Source: Callorhinchus milii
Lineage: Eukaryota
Assembly: GCF_018977255.1 (NCBI RefSeq)
Contig: NW_024704743.1
Location: forward strand, 107,510,001-107,574,000
Reading direction: 5' to 3'
DNA length: 64,000 nucleotides
Shown here: positions 1 through 13,090 of the stretch, in pieces
Layout of the letters: every line of letters starts with the position of its first letter
Numbering within the stretch: position 1 is the stretch's first letter
Program-made: the position numbers and the translations under genes
The notes under the pieces: generated by a model
The model's database searches: none
What the model was told of the DNA's origin: nothing
What the model saw: the letters and a program-made list of their open reading frames with translations, nothing else

Positions 1-226
1 TTTCCTTACTCCACATACCTAATAATAATCCCTCCAAAACAAAAAACAATAATAAATTGGTCATTTTCAATCCACAACTGTTTGTGGGACATTGCTGTGC
101 ACAATTGGCTGCCGCATTTCGCCCACAAATATATGGTCAATTCACTTTACAGTTTATTCTGTGAAGAGCTTTGAGACGTCGAGAAGACGTGAAAAGCGCT
201 ATATCAAATGCAAGGATTATTATTAT
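1..226 (+). mobile_element. tRNA-derived SINE, short subtype (5' part outside the window)
   Basis: Matches the body and (TTA)n tail of the full copies, e.g. 32672-33004. Confidence 0.9.
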
Positions 227-864
227 CTTTGAACTGAGAAGTGATAGTGCTACCAACTGAGCCAAGCATTGCACAATCAATGTATCACATTATTTTTCTG
301 TAGGTGTCATTTTCAATTAGGCTTGCTAAAGCATAAAATTAGTTTTGGTTGCTTTAGTTTTTGATTACTGTTTTAATGGACAATATCCCCAAATCACAGC
401 GTCTCCATGATGAAAGAAATATTAATTTTACTATTACTTCTCATCCATAAAAATCCATATTTTCAAATGGTGTTAATTGTATTCAAATGAAAATGACTCC
501 AGTGTCAGTGTCCTTTGTTAATTTCTTTTGCTCCTACATCTTTAGTCATCACAGTTTAACCTTCTCCTCCCAAATTCTGCACAGCTTTGTGGATCATTGC
601 CATGCTCAGACAGTAGGGGGCAGCCTTTACAAGGGGCAATATGTGCCCAGGAGCCATTTTCTCACCTACTGTTCCAGTTAGCGACGTCTTGTCACAATCA
701 CAGCGGGAGAACCACAAGGCAGCCATGACTGGGGCTTGAACCCATGACCTGAGCATTCCAGAGAGTACTTCAACTATTCCAGACACAATCGGCTCGTTCT
801 TTTAAAATGGCAATCATGCACATGTTTGGATCTTCCAACACCCTGTTGAACAAATGGTGATTGC

Positions 865-1246
865 GTTAATTTTCTTTTGATCAGCCAGATGTCTGATACA
901 TGTGGAAACCCATCACCGTGCTTAACAGTATCCAAACCAAGCTGAGATTTCCATGCATCCCACCTACGCATGGAAATCCCAGAGATAGATTGTTGGAATG
1001 GAATGCACACTCTCTCCCTGGAGGGACACATCCTGCTTCCCTAATTCCGGAAAGTATTAGGCGCAGGTTGGCAAGATCAAGGCCTGAGGATCCCAGAGTG
1101 TGTGTTGGGGTACTGCTGGAGTCTAACTAGCTGAAACCGCATAGCTTACCGTTGATATTATTGTCCGTCAAGCTTTCCTGCTGCTTGTCCAGCTAGGACC
1201 ACCCTACCCGTTAGGGCTTTGGCTTGCAGGGTTTAACAGGAGCTGA
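865..1246 (+). repeat. Unclassified interspersed repeat, copy A
   Basis: Aligns by eye over about 360 bp with the reverse complement of 28619-28980. Confidence 0.88.
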
Positions 1247-1819
1247 TTAAGATAAGAACATATAAGAACAAAAGAAATACTAGATGAAACAAGACAAAGG
1301 TTCATCTAGTTCTCCTTCCACCTTCCTGGTGGTCGCATGCACACATGTCCTGAACTACCTATGTACTATATCCCATGATGTTATTTCCTAAAAGAAAACT
1401 ATCCAATCTGTGTTTGAAAGAATCAACTCATCCTGGCTCTTGTCAGCCTTGTAGAGTACATCTTACTCTTGGTGTCATCATGATCTAGCGAATGCACTGG
1501 AAAGTCTTTGGTTGAGGGAGAAATACAAGAGTAAATACTAGAATCAGCAATATCTGTGCCTCCCTTTCATTTGCAGGAGCTGGGTAAAGCTTCTTACAAC
1601 TTATTTCTGTGAGAGAAATGTTAAACAGGATGCCAAGCTCCTAGATCAAATGGTCTCTTGGTCAGATTTGAGCTTTCATGTAAGTTTGGGTTACATACCT
1701 GAATTTTTAAGCTAACTCTGGATAACTACAGAGGGTGTGTGGGGTGAATGATAAAGATGTTATTTGCCTAATAATACAAATGAACATCATTGTTATGTGC
1801 TGTCTAACTCAAAGCCAAG

Positions 1820-2069
1820 GCTGGTGTAGATTATTATGAAAACTTTACTACAGGGGGGAAAATATAAATACCTGTTGAAAAAAAAGTATATATTTAATGT
1901 TTAGACAATTACATACAAAACATTCTTGTTAAACTCTAGCTGGTGCAGATTATTACGGGACCTGTCTACTACAGCTGGAAAATATAAATAACTGTTCAAA
2001 ATAAAGGATACATTTATTGTATAGATATTTATGTACAAAATATTCTTGTTAAAGTCTAGAAGGTGCAGA
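1820..2069. repeat. Tandem duplication, period about 120 bp (2.1 copies)
   Basis: gctggtg(t/c)agattatta...aaaatataaata...aaaa(c/t)attcttgttaaa(c/g)tctag starts at 1820 and 1939, with a partial third copy at 2059. Confidence 0.88.
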
Positions 2070-5000
2070 CCACAGGATGTAAACCTGCACGAATGTCACA
2101 TTGCATTTCGTCAATTTGCGTGTCACATTGCTTTATATTCAATCACACTTTAATTCAATTCAATTGTCAATTCTGGCTTGAATACAATTTTCCATGTATA
2201 CAATGTATTACAGGGCATTTGCTAATGCATTCTGGTATTCAGTGTTGCCAGTGTCTTACTTGTAGCAAACAAAATGTCATTAGCTAGTGCCAGTAATGAT
2301 GGCTGCACATGCCAAATTGGAGAACTCGTATCTGAGGCTAATATTGTTCAGTTGGCAATGTTACTGAAAATAAATGGAGCTCCTACATTTATGTAGGTAG
2401 AAAAATGGCTCAAACTGGATCTTTCTTTATTTGTATAACTGTTTCAATTCCCTCCCCTTTTTACACCCACCAGACCTTTGGCTCCCATACAACCTATTGT
2501 TGCCTTGGAGGTGATTGCCTCTGGCTGATGGACATTTCCACAATTGATGTTAATAATTCTCTATCACTCTGACAGTAAGGCCTATAAGGTAGTCAATGTT
2601 AACTCTTACCTGCAACAAGGCAGAATTCTATATTTAAAGTGGATCCACTTGGTAAATGGAAGAGTACACCCTAACTGTTAATAATAGCTCTAAGTGTAGG
2701 GTCACATTCAATCTCTAACCTGTAGGCATTTCAAAAGTGATATCACAACTGTTTGCTGTACATTTTTCATTGAAATAAACCATTTAATTATTTCATAGAA
2801 TTTGTCTGTGGTACTTTTATTGACTAAATCCATCTATCATTACATGTCTGCACAGCATTACAGGATGAGGTAGAGGTTTTTCTGAAATTGTGAAAATCAT
2901 TCAAACATCTGTAATAACAGACTGCAGTGGTTTTATCTGCAGGGGTTGCCATTTATTTTACTAGCACTATAGTTATCTTAGTATTTGGCTTTCCATTCAT
3001 GGAATGGATTCTGCTACCAGTGACATTCCAATGACATAAAATGTTTCTAAATGATGCAAACTATGTGACAAAATCACAATTCTATTTTAATTGGATAGGT
3101 ATTTGAAAATGAAAACTTTACAGGGCGATGGGGTAAGAGTGGGGGAGAGGGACTAGTTGGATAGCTGGTACAGGCATGATAGCCTCCGTCTGTGCTGTAA
3201 GATTCTATGGAAACATTTGCCTGACGTAAGGCAATAAGATGATGTCAAGCTTTTATTGTGTATGTACCGTGAAGCAAACAGATGGTGGCGCTAGCACATT
3301 ATTTGTCTCACTTTTCACAAGAGTCTTTTTAAAGTACCCGAAACCCGGAGAGAAGTTAACGCCGGTTACCGGCGATCACTTCTCTGTGGTCTGATCCATT
3401 TTTGAAACATAAAGACAAGCTGAAGGTATGCGAGTAAAACATAAAACATGTCGCCGTCTAAAATTGTTCTCTCATTTGTCTGGTCTTCACTATACTTTCA
3501 GAGGACAAGATGGTTGGTTGAAAGTATCAGTATAAATGCATCAGAACATAATTTTTGCATCAGATATTGTCAGGGCTCAAAGCACCTAACATTGATGAGG
3601 TTTTTTTCAATTTACTCTTTCTAAAATATAAGCAGCAGATCATTTTTTTCATGTTAAAAATGTTTGCACACATTCATGTTCTCACATAGCCAAATAACTG
3701 TGGCGTGAATAAATACTGTCTCTTCATCTATTTTCACTAACTCACTTCCAAATGGCATGAACTGTTCTCTTTACTGAAAGCCTGATTAGTACCCTGAGCA
3801 GTCTTTATTAAGACTAATAGTAAAGGCGTGTGTTTTTTTACTGCAGATGCTTTGCAGTAGTAAAATGTTATGGCTTCGCTCCAACCATTCCTGACTTTTA
3901 GGTTAAATATATGGAGTGAAATAGATTAAGAGTTAATTAATTCAAATCCAATTGATCCATATACTGATTGAATTTGCTGTGTAAATGAGATTTAAGACTC
4001 CAGGCTAATTTTAGAATGATTTTATAATGATGTTTGACATACATCTCACTTAATTACCACCATTTAACACTTGTTTCAGAGAGAGATTTCTCACAGGACT
4101 CGCTCTAATCAGTCACTTCACTGCTGGTAACTAATTATACTGGTTCTAATTGTCAGTAGTAAGATTGACTAGTGATAAGGGAAGAACGCACTTCGTCCAC
4201 CTCATACTTTGCTTCTATTAGCGAAGTAGTTGTCTTGTCTTAGTTGATTGGTGGATCATTTTCCAGGGGCAATTATCCCTCAAAAGAGATTGGTCACTCA
4301 ATCCATGACTGTGTGACATTTCTGTACACAATTACCTGCCACATTTCACCCACAAATACACAGTCAATCCACTTTATAATATAATCTGTGAAGCGCTTTG
4401 AGATGGCTCAATGACGTAATAAGGCACTATGTCAAATGGAAGGATTATTATTATTGTGTGAAAGTATGTTACGCCTAGACAAAATGTTTCAGACTTGATG
4501 TTTGGTCCGCGCTGCATTTAACTGATTGAGCAAGAGTATCATCAATGCCTCGGGCTGGAGAGGGTTTCCTGCTCGAGAATATATGCCTGTGAATATTGGG
4601 TAAGGACAAAATTGTTTTACATTACACATATTAAGGAGAGATTTCTTCCACAAAATAATGAAGTGAATGAATACTCATACAAAATGGTGTGTGAAAAGTC
4701 ACAAAAGGCTTAGCAAATATTTACAAATACTTAAGAAACATGTACATGAGCAGTGTCCATTTGATCACAATCTATCCCAGTTGGTGCAATGAATCGGGTA
4801 TTCAATGAGTGTTCAATGTCTTCCAGGCAGGCTTGTCCTTTTCAAACTTCTGGTAACAATGCCATGGGTGTCACAGTTAATAGAGGGCAATAGCTTGATT
4901 GAGTGAGTTCTTTACTGCCCAGTTACAAATAACACTTCAATGGGAGATATGATTGACTTCATCCTTAATTACGATTATCACGTCAAAACTAAAATGGCCT

Positions 5001-5811
5001 CTCTCTTTTGATGTTGCCAAAACTTTGACAAGGTTTTGCACAGGGGTCTGTCCCACAGTCTCTTGATTTGGAATTTGCCCAATTTTATTTTATTCATTGA
5101 TCTTCTCATGCATATCATTTCAACTGGTTACTCCAGTAATCCCAGCCACTTTACCTTTGATATTAATATGTTATTTAAAAGAATAAAATAATATTTAATT
5201 TAAAAGTTGAAAAGAACTACATATCTTGTCACCGTTTCGAGACATCTTAACAACATCATGAGGCGCTATATCAACTGCAAGGTTCATTATTATTACTATA
5301 GTATTAGACACTGGTGTCTGATGAATGATGAGATGTGATGGTGTAACATGTTTGTGCTGCAGCACTGTAGCAGATGTGGACAAACACAAATGTTCGCACA
5401 CAATGAGTACTTATTTCTTAGCTGGGCCTCTGGAGGAGTAAGTCGTAGCTTATGCCTCAGCACAGGAATGAAAGATGACAACAAGCTCATCAGAAAGGAT
5501 TCTCTCTTGAGATGTCAGTCAGCTCTTGGTGTCTTCGTTGCAACGCCACCTGGGAGCAATCTGCCTTCTTCTCTTCTCAGGTGGGAAATGGAGTGTATTA
5601 AGTGGGAGTTAAAGGACAGGATGATTATTGGCTAAAACAGTTCTGCTGTTAGACCTCTACCAATGCTTTAATAATTAGGTAATTTGAAAGAAAGAAACTT
5701 AGCAATTTTCCCTCTCTATGAGGAATACCTTGCTGCAGACTAATCATATCTTCTGGCAGCATAGCTGATATAGATAACTTCCTATGTGGAGAATTGTGGA
5801 TGTCTTATCTC

Positions 5812-6110
5812 TACCTGGCTCAATGGTAGCAGTCTCTCCTCTGAGACAAATGGTTGTGGATTCAAGCTCCAAATCGGGCCTTGGAATCACCTGACACTGC
5901 AGTGCAGTACTGGGGGTTGTTGCATTATTGGAAATGTCATCCTTCAGATGATAAGTTAAGCCAACGTCTGTCTGCAAGTGGACGTTAAAGATCCCATGGC
6001 ACTATTTAAAAAGAGAAGGGAGTTTCTCCCAGTGTCCAGGCCAACAATCCCCCAAATAAATTTGGTCACTCTCTCCTTGGCTGTTTTAGGACATTGCTGC
6101 ATACACAAAC
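5812..6110 (+). mobile_element. Older Deu-domain SINE (SacSINE1/AmnSINE1-like), interrupted by an L2; resumes at about 6590-6680
   Basis: tRNA-like head (ggctcaatggtagc...ggattcaagc) followed by gtggacgttaaagatcccatggcactattt...ccagtgtccaggccaa, which I recognise from memory as the Deu domain. Confidence 0.75.
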
Positions 6111-6591
6111 CAGCTGCTGCTGAAACTCTGGTCCATGCTTGTATCACCTCAAGGCTGGACTATGGGAACTCTCTCCTCGCCGGCCTTCCCGGCACCTCCC
6201 TCCACAAGCTGCAGGTCACTCAGAACTCTGCAGCTCGTGTACTGTCCCACACCAGGCTTCGGGACCACATCACTCCCACCCTCGCTCGCCTCCACTGGCT
6301 CCCCATCCCCCAGAGGATTGATTTCAAGATCCTCATCCTCACCTACAAGGCCATTCACGGCCTTGCTCCCTCCTACCTCTCTGACCTACTATCTCCCGAC
6401 CTACCTGCCCGTACCCTCCGTGCCTTCAGCTCCCCTCTCGACTCTCTACCCCCTCCTCGCTCTCTCCCTTCCCTCCAATCACCCTGACCATTTCCCCCCT
6501 GCTCGGGTCCTGACCCAACTGTACAGCGCCTTGGGATGTTCTCCCGACGTGAAAGGCGCTCTATAAATGGAATCTTGTTGTTGTTGTTGTT
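6111..6591 (+). mobile_element. 5'-truncated L2-clade LINE (ORF2 C-terminus and 3' tail) with an internal deletion
   Basis: Translation ETLVHACITSRLDYGNSLLAGLP...LARLHWLPIPQRIDFKILILTYKAIHGLAPSYL is typical of L2 ORF2; ends in (TTG)n. Confidence 0.92.
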
Positions 6592-6681
6592 GCATTTCAC
6601 CCACAAAAAACACACTCAATCAACTTTACAGTATATCCTGTGAAGCTCTTTGAAGCTCTTGATGGCACATAAGGAACTATA

Positions 6682-6996
6682 GGAGTCCTGTAGCTCAGTG
6701 GTTAGAGCACTCGCTTTGCAAGCGAGAGACCTGAGTTCAATTCCAGGCAGGGCAAAACCTTGGGCAAGTTTCCTTACTCCACACGCCTAATAATAATCCC
6801 TCCAAAAACAATAATAAATTGGTCATTTTCAATCTACGACTGTTTGTGGGACATTGCTGTGCGCAATTGGCTGCTGCGTTCGCCCACAAATATACAGTCA
6901 ATTCACTTTACAGTGTGTTCTGTGAAGCGCTTTGGGACGTCCTCCCGACGTGAAAAGCGCAATATCAAATGCAAGGATTATTATTATTACTATTAT
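6682..6996 (+). mobile_element. Full-length young tRNA(Ala)-like SINE, short subtype
   Basis: A box TAGCTCAGTGG, CTCGC-TTTGCAA-GCGAG arm, B box GAGTTCAATTCC, L2-like tail and (TTA)n. Confidence 0.93.
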
Positions 6997-8092
6997 ATCA
7001 AATGCAATGATTATTAATATCTTGACTCTCTGTGGCACACTATAACCAGAACATACATGTCACTCTATCGGAGAACCTAAATCCACATTGTGCTTGCTTT
7101 TCAAATAACTACAGTAATAAAGCTTCCTTGGCCTTATATTCTACTCCTACACTAAATTGGAATTCTGGGGCCTTGCATTTTTTAAGCTAATAACAATTTG
7201 CATTTATATAGCGCCCTTCACGGTGTCTCGGAGTGCTTAAGAGTGGCGGAACTCGCTGCCGAGTCAGGGGGTAAAGACAGTTGCCGCAGAATTTTGAAAA
7301 ATACTTAAATTGAGTCATAATTTGGAGAACAATGTTCTGCAGTCCTTTTCAGACACAGCATAAAATGCTCTTCCGAATTATAACAACACCAACTTCAACA
7401 AGAACTTGCATTTATATAGTGCCCCCCACACAGGGTAGCGTCCCAGAGTGCTTGGCTGGTTTCAATAGTATTCCAAAATTCTGCACAATCTTACAATTTA
7501 AGACAATGGATGAATGCAAGGAATTATGAGCTCCAGCTTTTTAAATATTTTTCTAAGAAAGAACATTTGATTAAATAAAAGTAACAATTCCAAAACTCGT
7601 AATCTCTGGCTCATCACCCAACAATTCCAAAAACAAACTATCCAGAGGGCTGGAAGTATGCAGAGCATCTGCTGATATTCAGAAGCAGACACTCACTATC
7701 CAAAGATATTCAATCATACAGTGAAGTAGATGCTATAAAACGTTAAAAGGCAGGAATTTCCTGTTGAAATCCAAGAAAATGTAGATTTGCTTATGCCATC
7801 TTAACAGAGTGAATAAGGAGATTGAAATATCTCAGTGAGTGATGGGGAAACTCTCAAGTGGTAACACTTAAGTCTCAATACATAAAGAATCGGAAGCAAG
7901 ATGGATGAACTTACATTATGGTAAGTATTAATCTGATTTAAATCCCAATTAAACTCAATTGTAAAATGAACTTACAATTTGTAACCTGACATTTTTTCAT
8001 ATATACGAAATAACTAACTGGAGCAAAATTACAGGACAGTACAAAAAAAGGAGTATACACTTCAATTTAAGAAGTATACACTCCTGGATATT

Positions 8093-8359
8093 TAATAATA
8101 ATCCTTGCATTGATATAATGCTTTTCACATCTTCGAGATGTCTCAAAGCACTTCACAGAATATACCGTAAAGTGAATTGATTGTATATTGGTGGGCGAAA
8201 CGAGGCAGCCAATTGCGCACAGTAGCGTCCCACAAATAGACGTGGATTGAAGTGATCAATTTATTATTTTTTTTCTTGAGGGATTATTATCAGGCGTGTG
8301 GAGTAAGGAAACTTGCCCATGGTTTTGCCCTGCCAGGAATTGAACCCAGGTCTCTCGCT
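8093..8359 (-). mobile_element. tRNA-derived SINE, short subtype, 5' truncated
   Basis: Reverse complement of the family consensus, more diverged than the youngest copies. Confidence 0.85.
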
Positions 8360-8764
8360 AAAACAAATTCCTAGCAAATGTGGTTGCTGCAGATACATAT
8401 ATATATATGTCATATATAATTGAAAGTGATTCCAAAGTGCACAAATGGAAAGATCTGATAAACCTTAAAAGTGTTGGATTGATTTTTGCGTAATTGAGTC
8501 ATTTTATTTTACGCAATGTGATGAGGTGAAAGTAAACACTGGGACAGGTTTCTAGTCACTGATATAGCAGCAAGGTAACCATACCATAAAGATAACAGCA
8601 GACCCAACAAAACTGCTTAACATTTTGCAATTAATAATAATCCTTGCATTTCATGTTGTGTCTATGTCATGGAAACATCTCAAACCACAGGTAATTGCTG
8701 TCAAGTGTAGTGACTGAATCTACTTTTGTTCCTCCAGCTGCGAAATCCAGTCCGCTGATGTCCT

Positions 8765-9220
8765 GTCAGTTTGTTTTGGGACGTCCTCCTGACGTGAAAG
8801 GCGCTCTATAAATGTAATTTTGCTGTTGTTGTTTGACGGCCATCAAGGCCTGGATGAGCACAAATTTCTTGCAGCTGAATGTCAGCAAGACAGAAATCAT
8901 GCTCTTTGGCTCCCATCTTCTCTCCTGTGGGTCTGAACTCTTCAACCTCCCTGGGCTTTCCCTCAGACTCACACAACTTAAGTGTTAGGTTCGATCCCCA
9001 GTTTTCCTTTCTATCCCACAGGTGTTACCTGACCAGGACCACTTTTTTCCACCTCTGCCACATTGCCTGCCTCCGTCCATACCTCACAACCAATGCAGCC
9101 GAAATCCTCATTCATGCGTTTGTCACTTCCCAGCTGGACTATTCCAATGCCCCCCTCGCTGGTCTCCCCAGCTCCACCATACACAAAATTCAATTAATCC
9201 AAAACTCTGCCACCCGGTAA
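8765..9220 (+). mobile_element. L2 tail (8765-8832) followed by a degenerate internal L2 ORF2 fragment
   Basis: WMSTNFLQLNVSKTE-like and AEILIHAFVTSQLDYSNAPLAGLP translations; tail stem-loop and ttgctgttgtt. Confidence 0.8.
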
Positions 9221-10764
9221 CTCACCCTCCGTACACAGGGATCTCAGTTTAACATCTCATCTGGAGAACAGCAATTCTGACAACCCCAATGCTAAAATTT
9301 CAGCCTCTGGGGTCAGACATGGAGCTTGAACCCACAATCTTCTGACCCAAGTGAAAATACTACTATGTGAGCCAGGCTGACATACATATCAATCGGGGCA
9401 ACTTGCATTAGTTTACCAGTCTTCACTATGAATAAAACATTTTCATACAAGCATCCTGGACCTGTGCGGAGAAACATTTAAAGCCATCTGGCTCTTCAGT
9501 CTCCACTGCCAGAACAGCACCACCGTTCTGCATTTGAAGAAACCTTTAACTAGCCACTTGAGATTTTGATTCCAAAACGATTAACCTAGCAATCTTAGGA
9601 AGAGAACTTTACTGAAAGAACTGGCGCAAATTTAAAGTGAATCTGTATGTCACAATTAATTATAGGGTGAAAATTGCAACCTGTAATGTGTTAGATAACT
9701 GGTGATAATTAACATATTCTAGCATACGTCAATTAACATAGATGTTGGCAACAAAGTCAATTGATAACTGAAGACCGGTGATAACTAAGGGCTGGTAATG
9801 GGTGTGCCAAGTTTCTTCCCTACTATACATGAGGACATGTAACATTGTACAGGTGTATTTTTGTGTATTAGATATATAATGCATAACTCATACTTCACAT
9901 AACTGGTATTAAGATTCCCTATAATAAACATATATCATGAGTTCATCATGGTAAAAATGTATAGACAGCGGGCTTTTGAATCAGTACAAATGAGGATGGG
10001 AGGATGGCAAAACATGCTGACCATATTGTGTCGTTGCTGGGTTTACAAACTTCTTTATTTTCCATTTTGCAATCGATTAGGACAACAGAGGGCCTTGGGG
10101 AGATGAAGTTGTTCTGGCAGATACAGAAAGCAGTCACTTAATGATGCTATGCCAAGAAGACTGAAATAGGTCAGATTTAATGAGATCAAGGAACAGTGGC
10201 GAGAATAATTCAAAATTGTTCGGCATTTCTCCAGAGAACTGCTACTGTACATCAATCCGGCAACCCACTTTTCTAACATTTGTGCTGGAACTAAACTTTT
10301 ATTTTGTTCTCCTAACTGGCACAAGTTGTGACACATCATGATTGCATGCGTTGGCCAATTTTCAAATTGTCAAAAGAGTTACGAGAATGACCTCCAAATT
10401 AAATGCAGCTACACGATCCGAGTGGGTTTTAAGATCAAACCCTAATTTTATATTAATAAAATAAAACTTGCTGATTTGTAGCTGATTCCACAAGGAGTAT
10501 GGGCGAGGTGAAAAGTCAAGGCACTGCTTAAATAAGTGCTCCAGAACACAACCCTGCATGACGGGTGCTACATAAATGCAAGTTGTTGTTATATTAACTT
10601 CAGCATCACAGGTTAGAGAAGGGAAAAGAAAATCAGCCAGAGTTCCTGCTTCTGAATGTTTTTCATCAATTGTCAGAAAATGCACGTGTGGGATTCAAGC
10701 GGCTGAAATTCACATCACAAATAATAGTGACATTGATAACATTGATATTAATGGAAATTGAAAT

Positions 10765-11000
10765 GGAATTGAAAAAGTAAACCTAGAACAATACATTAGG
10801 CAGTAGAACAAGAGGACACAGGATTACAATTGCAAAAGACAATTTCAGGACAGACACTAGGAAGTATTACTTTAACCAGAGGGTAATTAATGACTAGAAT
10901 AGATTTCCAGAAATGATGGTTGAGGCCAGCATGCTGTATTCATTGAAAAAAAATAGCTTGATGCTAAAACGGTAGGGTGGGTATTCTGGAAGGATTCGTC
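10765..11000 (+). mobile_element. CR1-clade LINE 3' fragment
   Basis: gaacaagaggacac...ctaggaagtattactttaaccagagggtaattaatgactagaat, corresponding to the CR1 C-terminal RTRGH...FFxxRVVxxWN region. Confidence 0.65.
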
Positions 11001-12224
11001 CAGAGCAATCTTGTGACTTCTCAAGGGAATTAACACACTAATCTCATATCATCAATATCGCTACAATAACACCAACTGGATGAGTTCGGAGGGAGACAGC
11101 ACCCTCTATTGGTTGCGCATGTATGTGACAGCTGTGTGGGGAGAGGTTAGGCTCAGGCTGCATTGATCTCTACAGTCAAGTGGCCTGCCGACATTCGCTA
11201 CGAAAACTTGCATACGAACGATGATATCGGAGGGCAATCAATGCATGTTAACTGCCTCCCAGGAAGAGGAGGCCAGAACGGGAACAGAGAGTTATATGCC
11301 AATGGAGGGAAAAACTGAAAATAAACACTACAATTTATATAAAAATCATAATTAAAATAGAGCAGATTATCTGAATTCCCAGATGGGATTTCCTTCTCGA
11401 TTATTCATATATGGAATACAGAACCTTTTAATTACCAACAAATGTATCAGTAGTTGTAAGGGCCTGAATCCTGCCATAGTGACATTAGCAAGTAGATTTC
11501 ACAACCACTTGGAACAAAAGTGTACATTAATCATGTGACTACTAATTTATTTCCTGATTTATACATGTAATTGAATAAACTTTGTTAAAAGCCACAACAT
11601 TGCATAGCCAGAGACACTGTGTTGTAAAGCATACCACCAAAGAAAGTTAGTACGAGACTAGCTGTAGTACTGTCAGAGCTTTATTTGAAGATGTAAATTA
11701 TATACCCACAAATTATATGCCCACAAATATATAGTCAATTCACTTAAAGTATATTCTGTAAAGCACCTTGAGACGTCTAGAAGACGTGAAAAGTCCTATA
11801 TCAAATGCAAAGATTATTAATCTATTAATAGTATTGCACTTTTTTGATTTTGATATAACTAAGTTAGGAAAGATGTCCAATTTGTATTCTATAGACAGGA
11901 AATAAAGTTATTGCTTTCACACCAACAACAATAATTTAGTATTTTAGTTGTGGAAATGTTCTCAAAGGTTAGCTTCGACTGCTATCCTCACTACCTTTAT
12001 TGCAGTTCAAACCAAAACCAAAATTACATACAGCGAATTGAATCAGCCATTTTATCTCAACCTTATTTAGACACAACAATGCAGACATAATCCAACTCCC
12101 AAATCTACTAATCCCAGGTTTCTGTAGTCAAAGGTATCATCTTTGAGTTCACTACAAGTTAGTGACATTTTGCAGTTAGTCTTCAAATGTGGTCACCGTG
12201 ACAGAAGGTGGCAGCCCAGACTCT

Positions 12225-12530
12225 AGAAACAATACAGAGAAGAGCAACGAGGATGATCCCCAGTGTTAGAGGAATGAGCTATGACTCTGAACAATGATTA
12301 AATAAGCTAATGCTCTTCAGTCTTGAGAGAAGTATAAGCTCAATGAGGTGCATAAAATTTTAAATGAGATTGAAAAGGGAAACCCATATCAATACTTTAG
12401 AATGCATGCAGTAGAACAAGAGGGCATAGGTTTAGAGTTATATAGGGCAATTTCAGGACATATAATAGGAATGGTGGGTGTTCTGGAGGGATAAAATTGG
12501 AATGGCTGATGGGCTTTCTTCATCCCCTCC
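12225..12530 (+). mobile_element. CR1-clade LINE fragment
   Basis: atacagagaagagcaacgaggatgatcccc (IQRRATRMIP), then ctcttcagtcttgagaga (LFSLE). Confidence 0.72.
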
Positions 12531-12540
12531 GCTCAAATAT

Positions 12541-12590
12541 ATTATATATACATTTATATACATATATATACACACACACATATATATATA
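12541..12590. repeat. (TA)n/(CA)n microsatellite
   Basis: Direct read of the sequence. Confidence 0.85.
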
Positions 12591-12749
12591 GCACTGGTTT
12601 CCTGTGAACCCATGCGAACTGGAAGTAGTAGTCAGGTAATCTCTGATGTCGCTTTACACAGGAAGCAACATTAGCAGCACTTTATGCACTCAGCATATAT
12701 ACACAGGAGGTGATGTCAGCAGTGCTTCCTGCACACAGCATGCATGCTA

Positions 12750-13090
12750 GAACAACAACAAAATTACATTTGTTTAGCACTTTTCACGTCAGGAGGACGT
12801 CCCCAGTTGCTGGACAATCAGTGTTTCGGACCCAAGCTGGGGAGTGTTTCGGACCCAAGGTGGAGGGGGAAAAGGAGGGTGATCGAAGGCATGGTCAAAG
12901 AGGAGGGTCTTGAGATGGGTCTTGAAGGAGGCAAGGGAGGGGACGAGGTGGAGGGACTACAGGATGGTGTTCCAGAGGGTGGGGGCAAAGTGTGATTGGA
13001 AGCTGGTGGAGTCAGGTGAGGATGGTGCTGATAGGATCATGGAGCCAGGTGGGGAAGAGGACACAGGCTGCAGAGTTCTGGATGAAAAAG
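12750..13090 (-). mobile_element. L2 3' fragments
   Basis: (CAA)n tail, stem-loop, and G-rich reverse complement of the L2 3' region. Confidence 0.78.

Noticed and set aside
5978..6487. 169-aa ORF, and similar ORFs at 56375-56962 and 61167-61751, as host genes
   Set aside because: Fragments of the L2 ORF2 C-terminus; 5' truncated with no endonuclease or intact RT, so neither host genes nor autonomous elements.
6682..6753. tRNA-Ala(TGC)-like cloverleaf at the head of each young SINE
   Set aside because: Always fused to the SINE body and tail, with imperfect T and acceptor stems. It is a SINE promoter, not a tRNA gene.
6760..7017. Recurrent MGKFPYST... ORFs (also 18211, 28980, 30434, 32755, 36984, 63592) resembling a small gene family
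   Set aside because: Chance translations of SINE copies, often from non-ATG starts, with frames that differ between copies.
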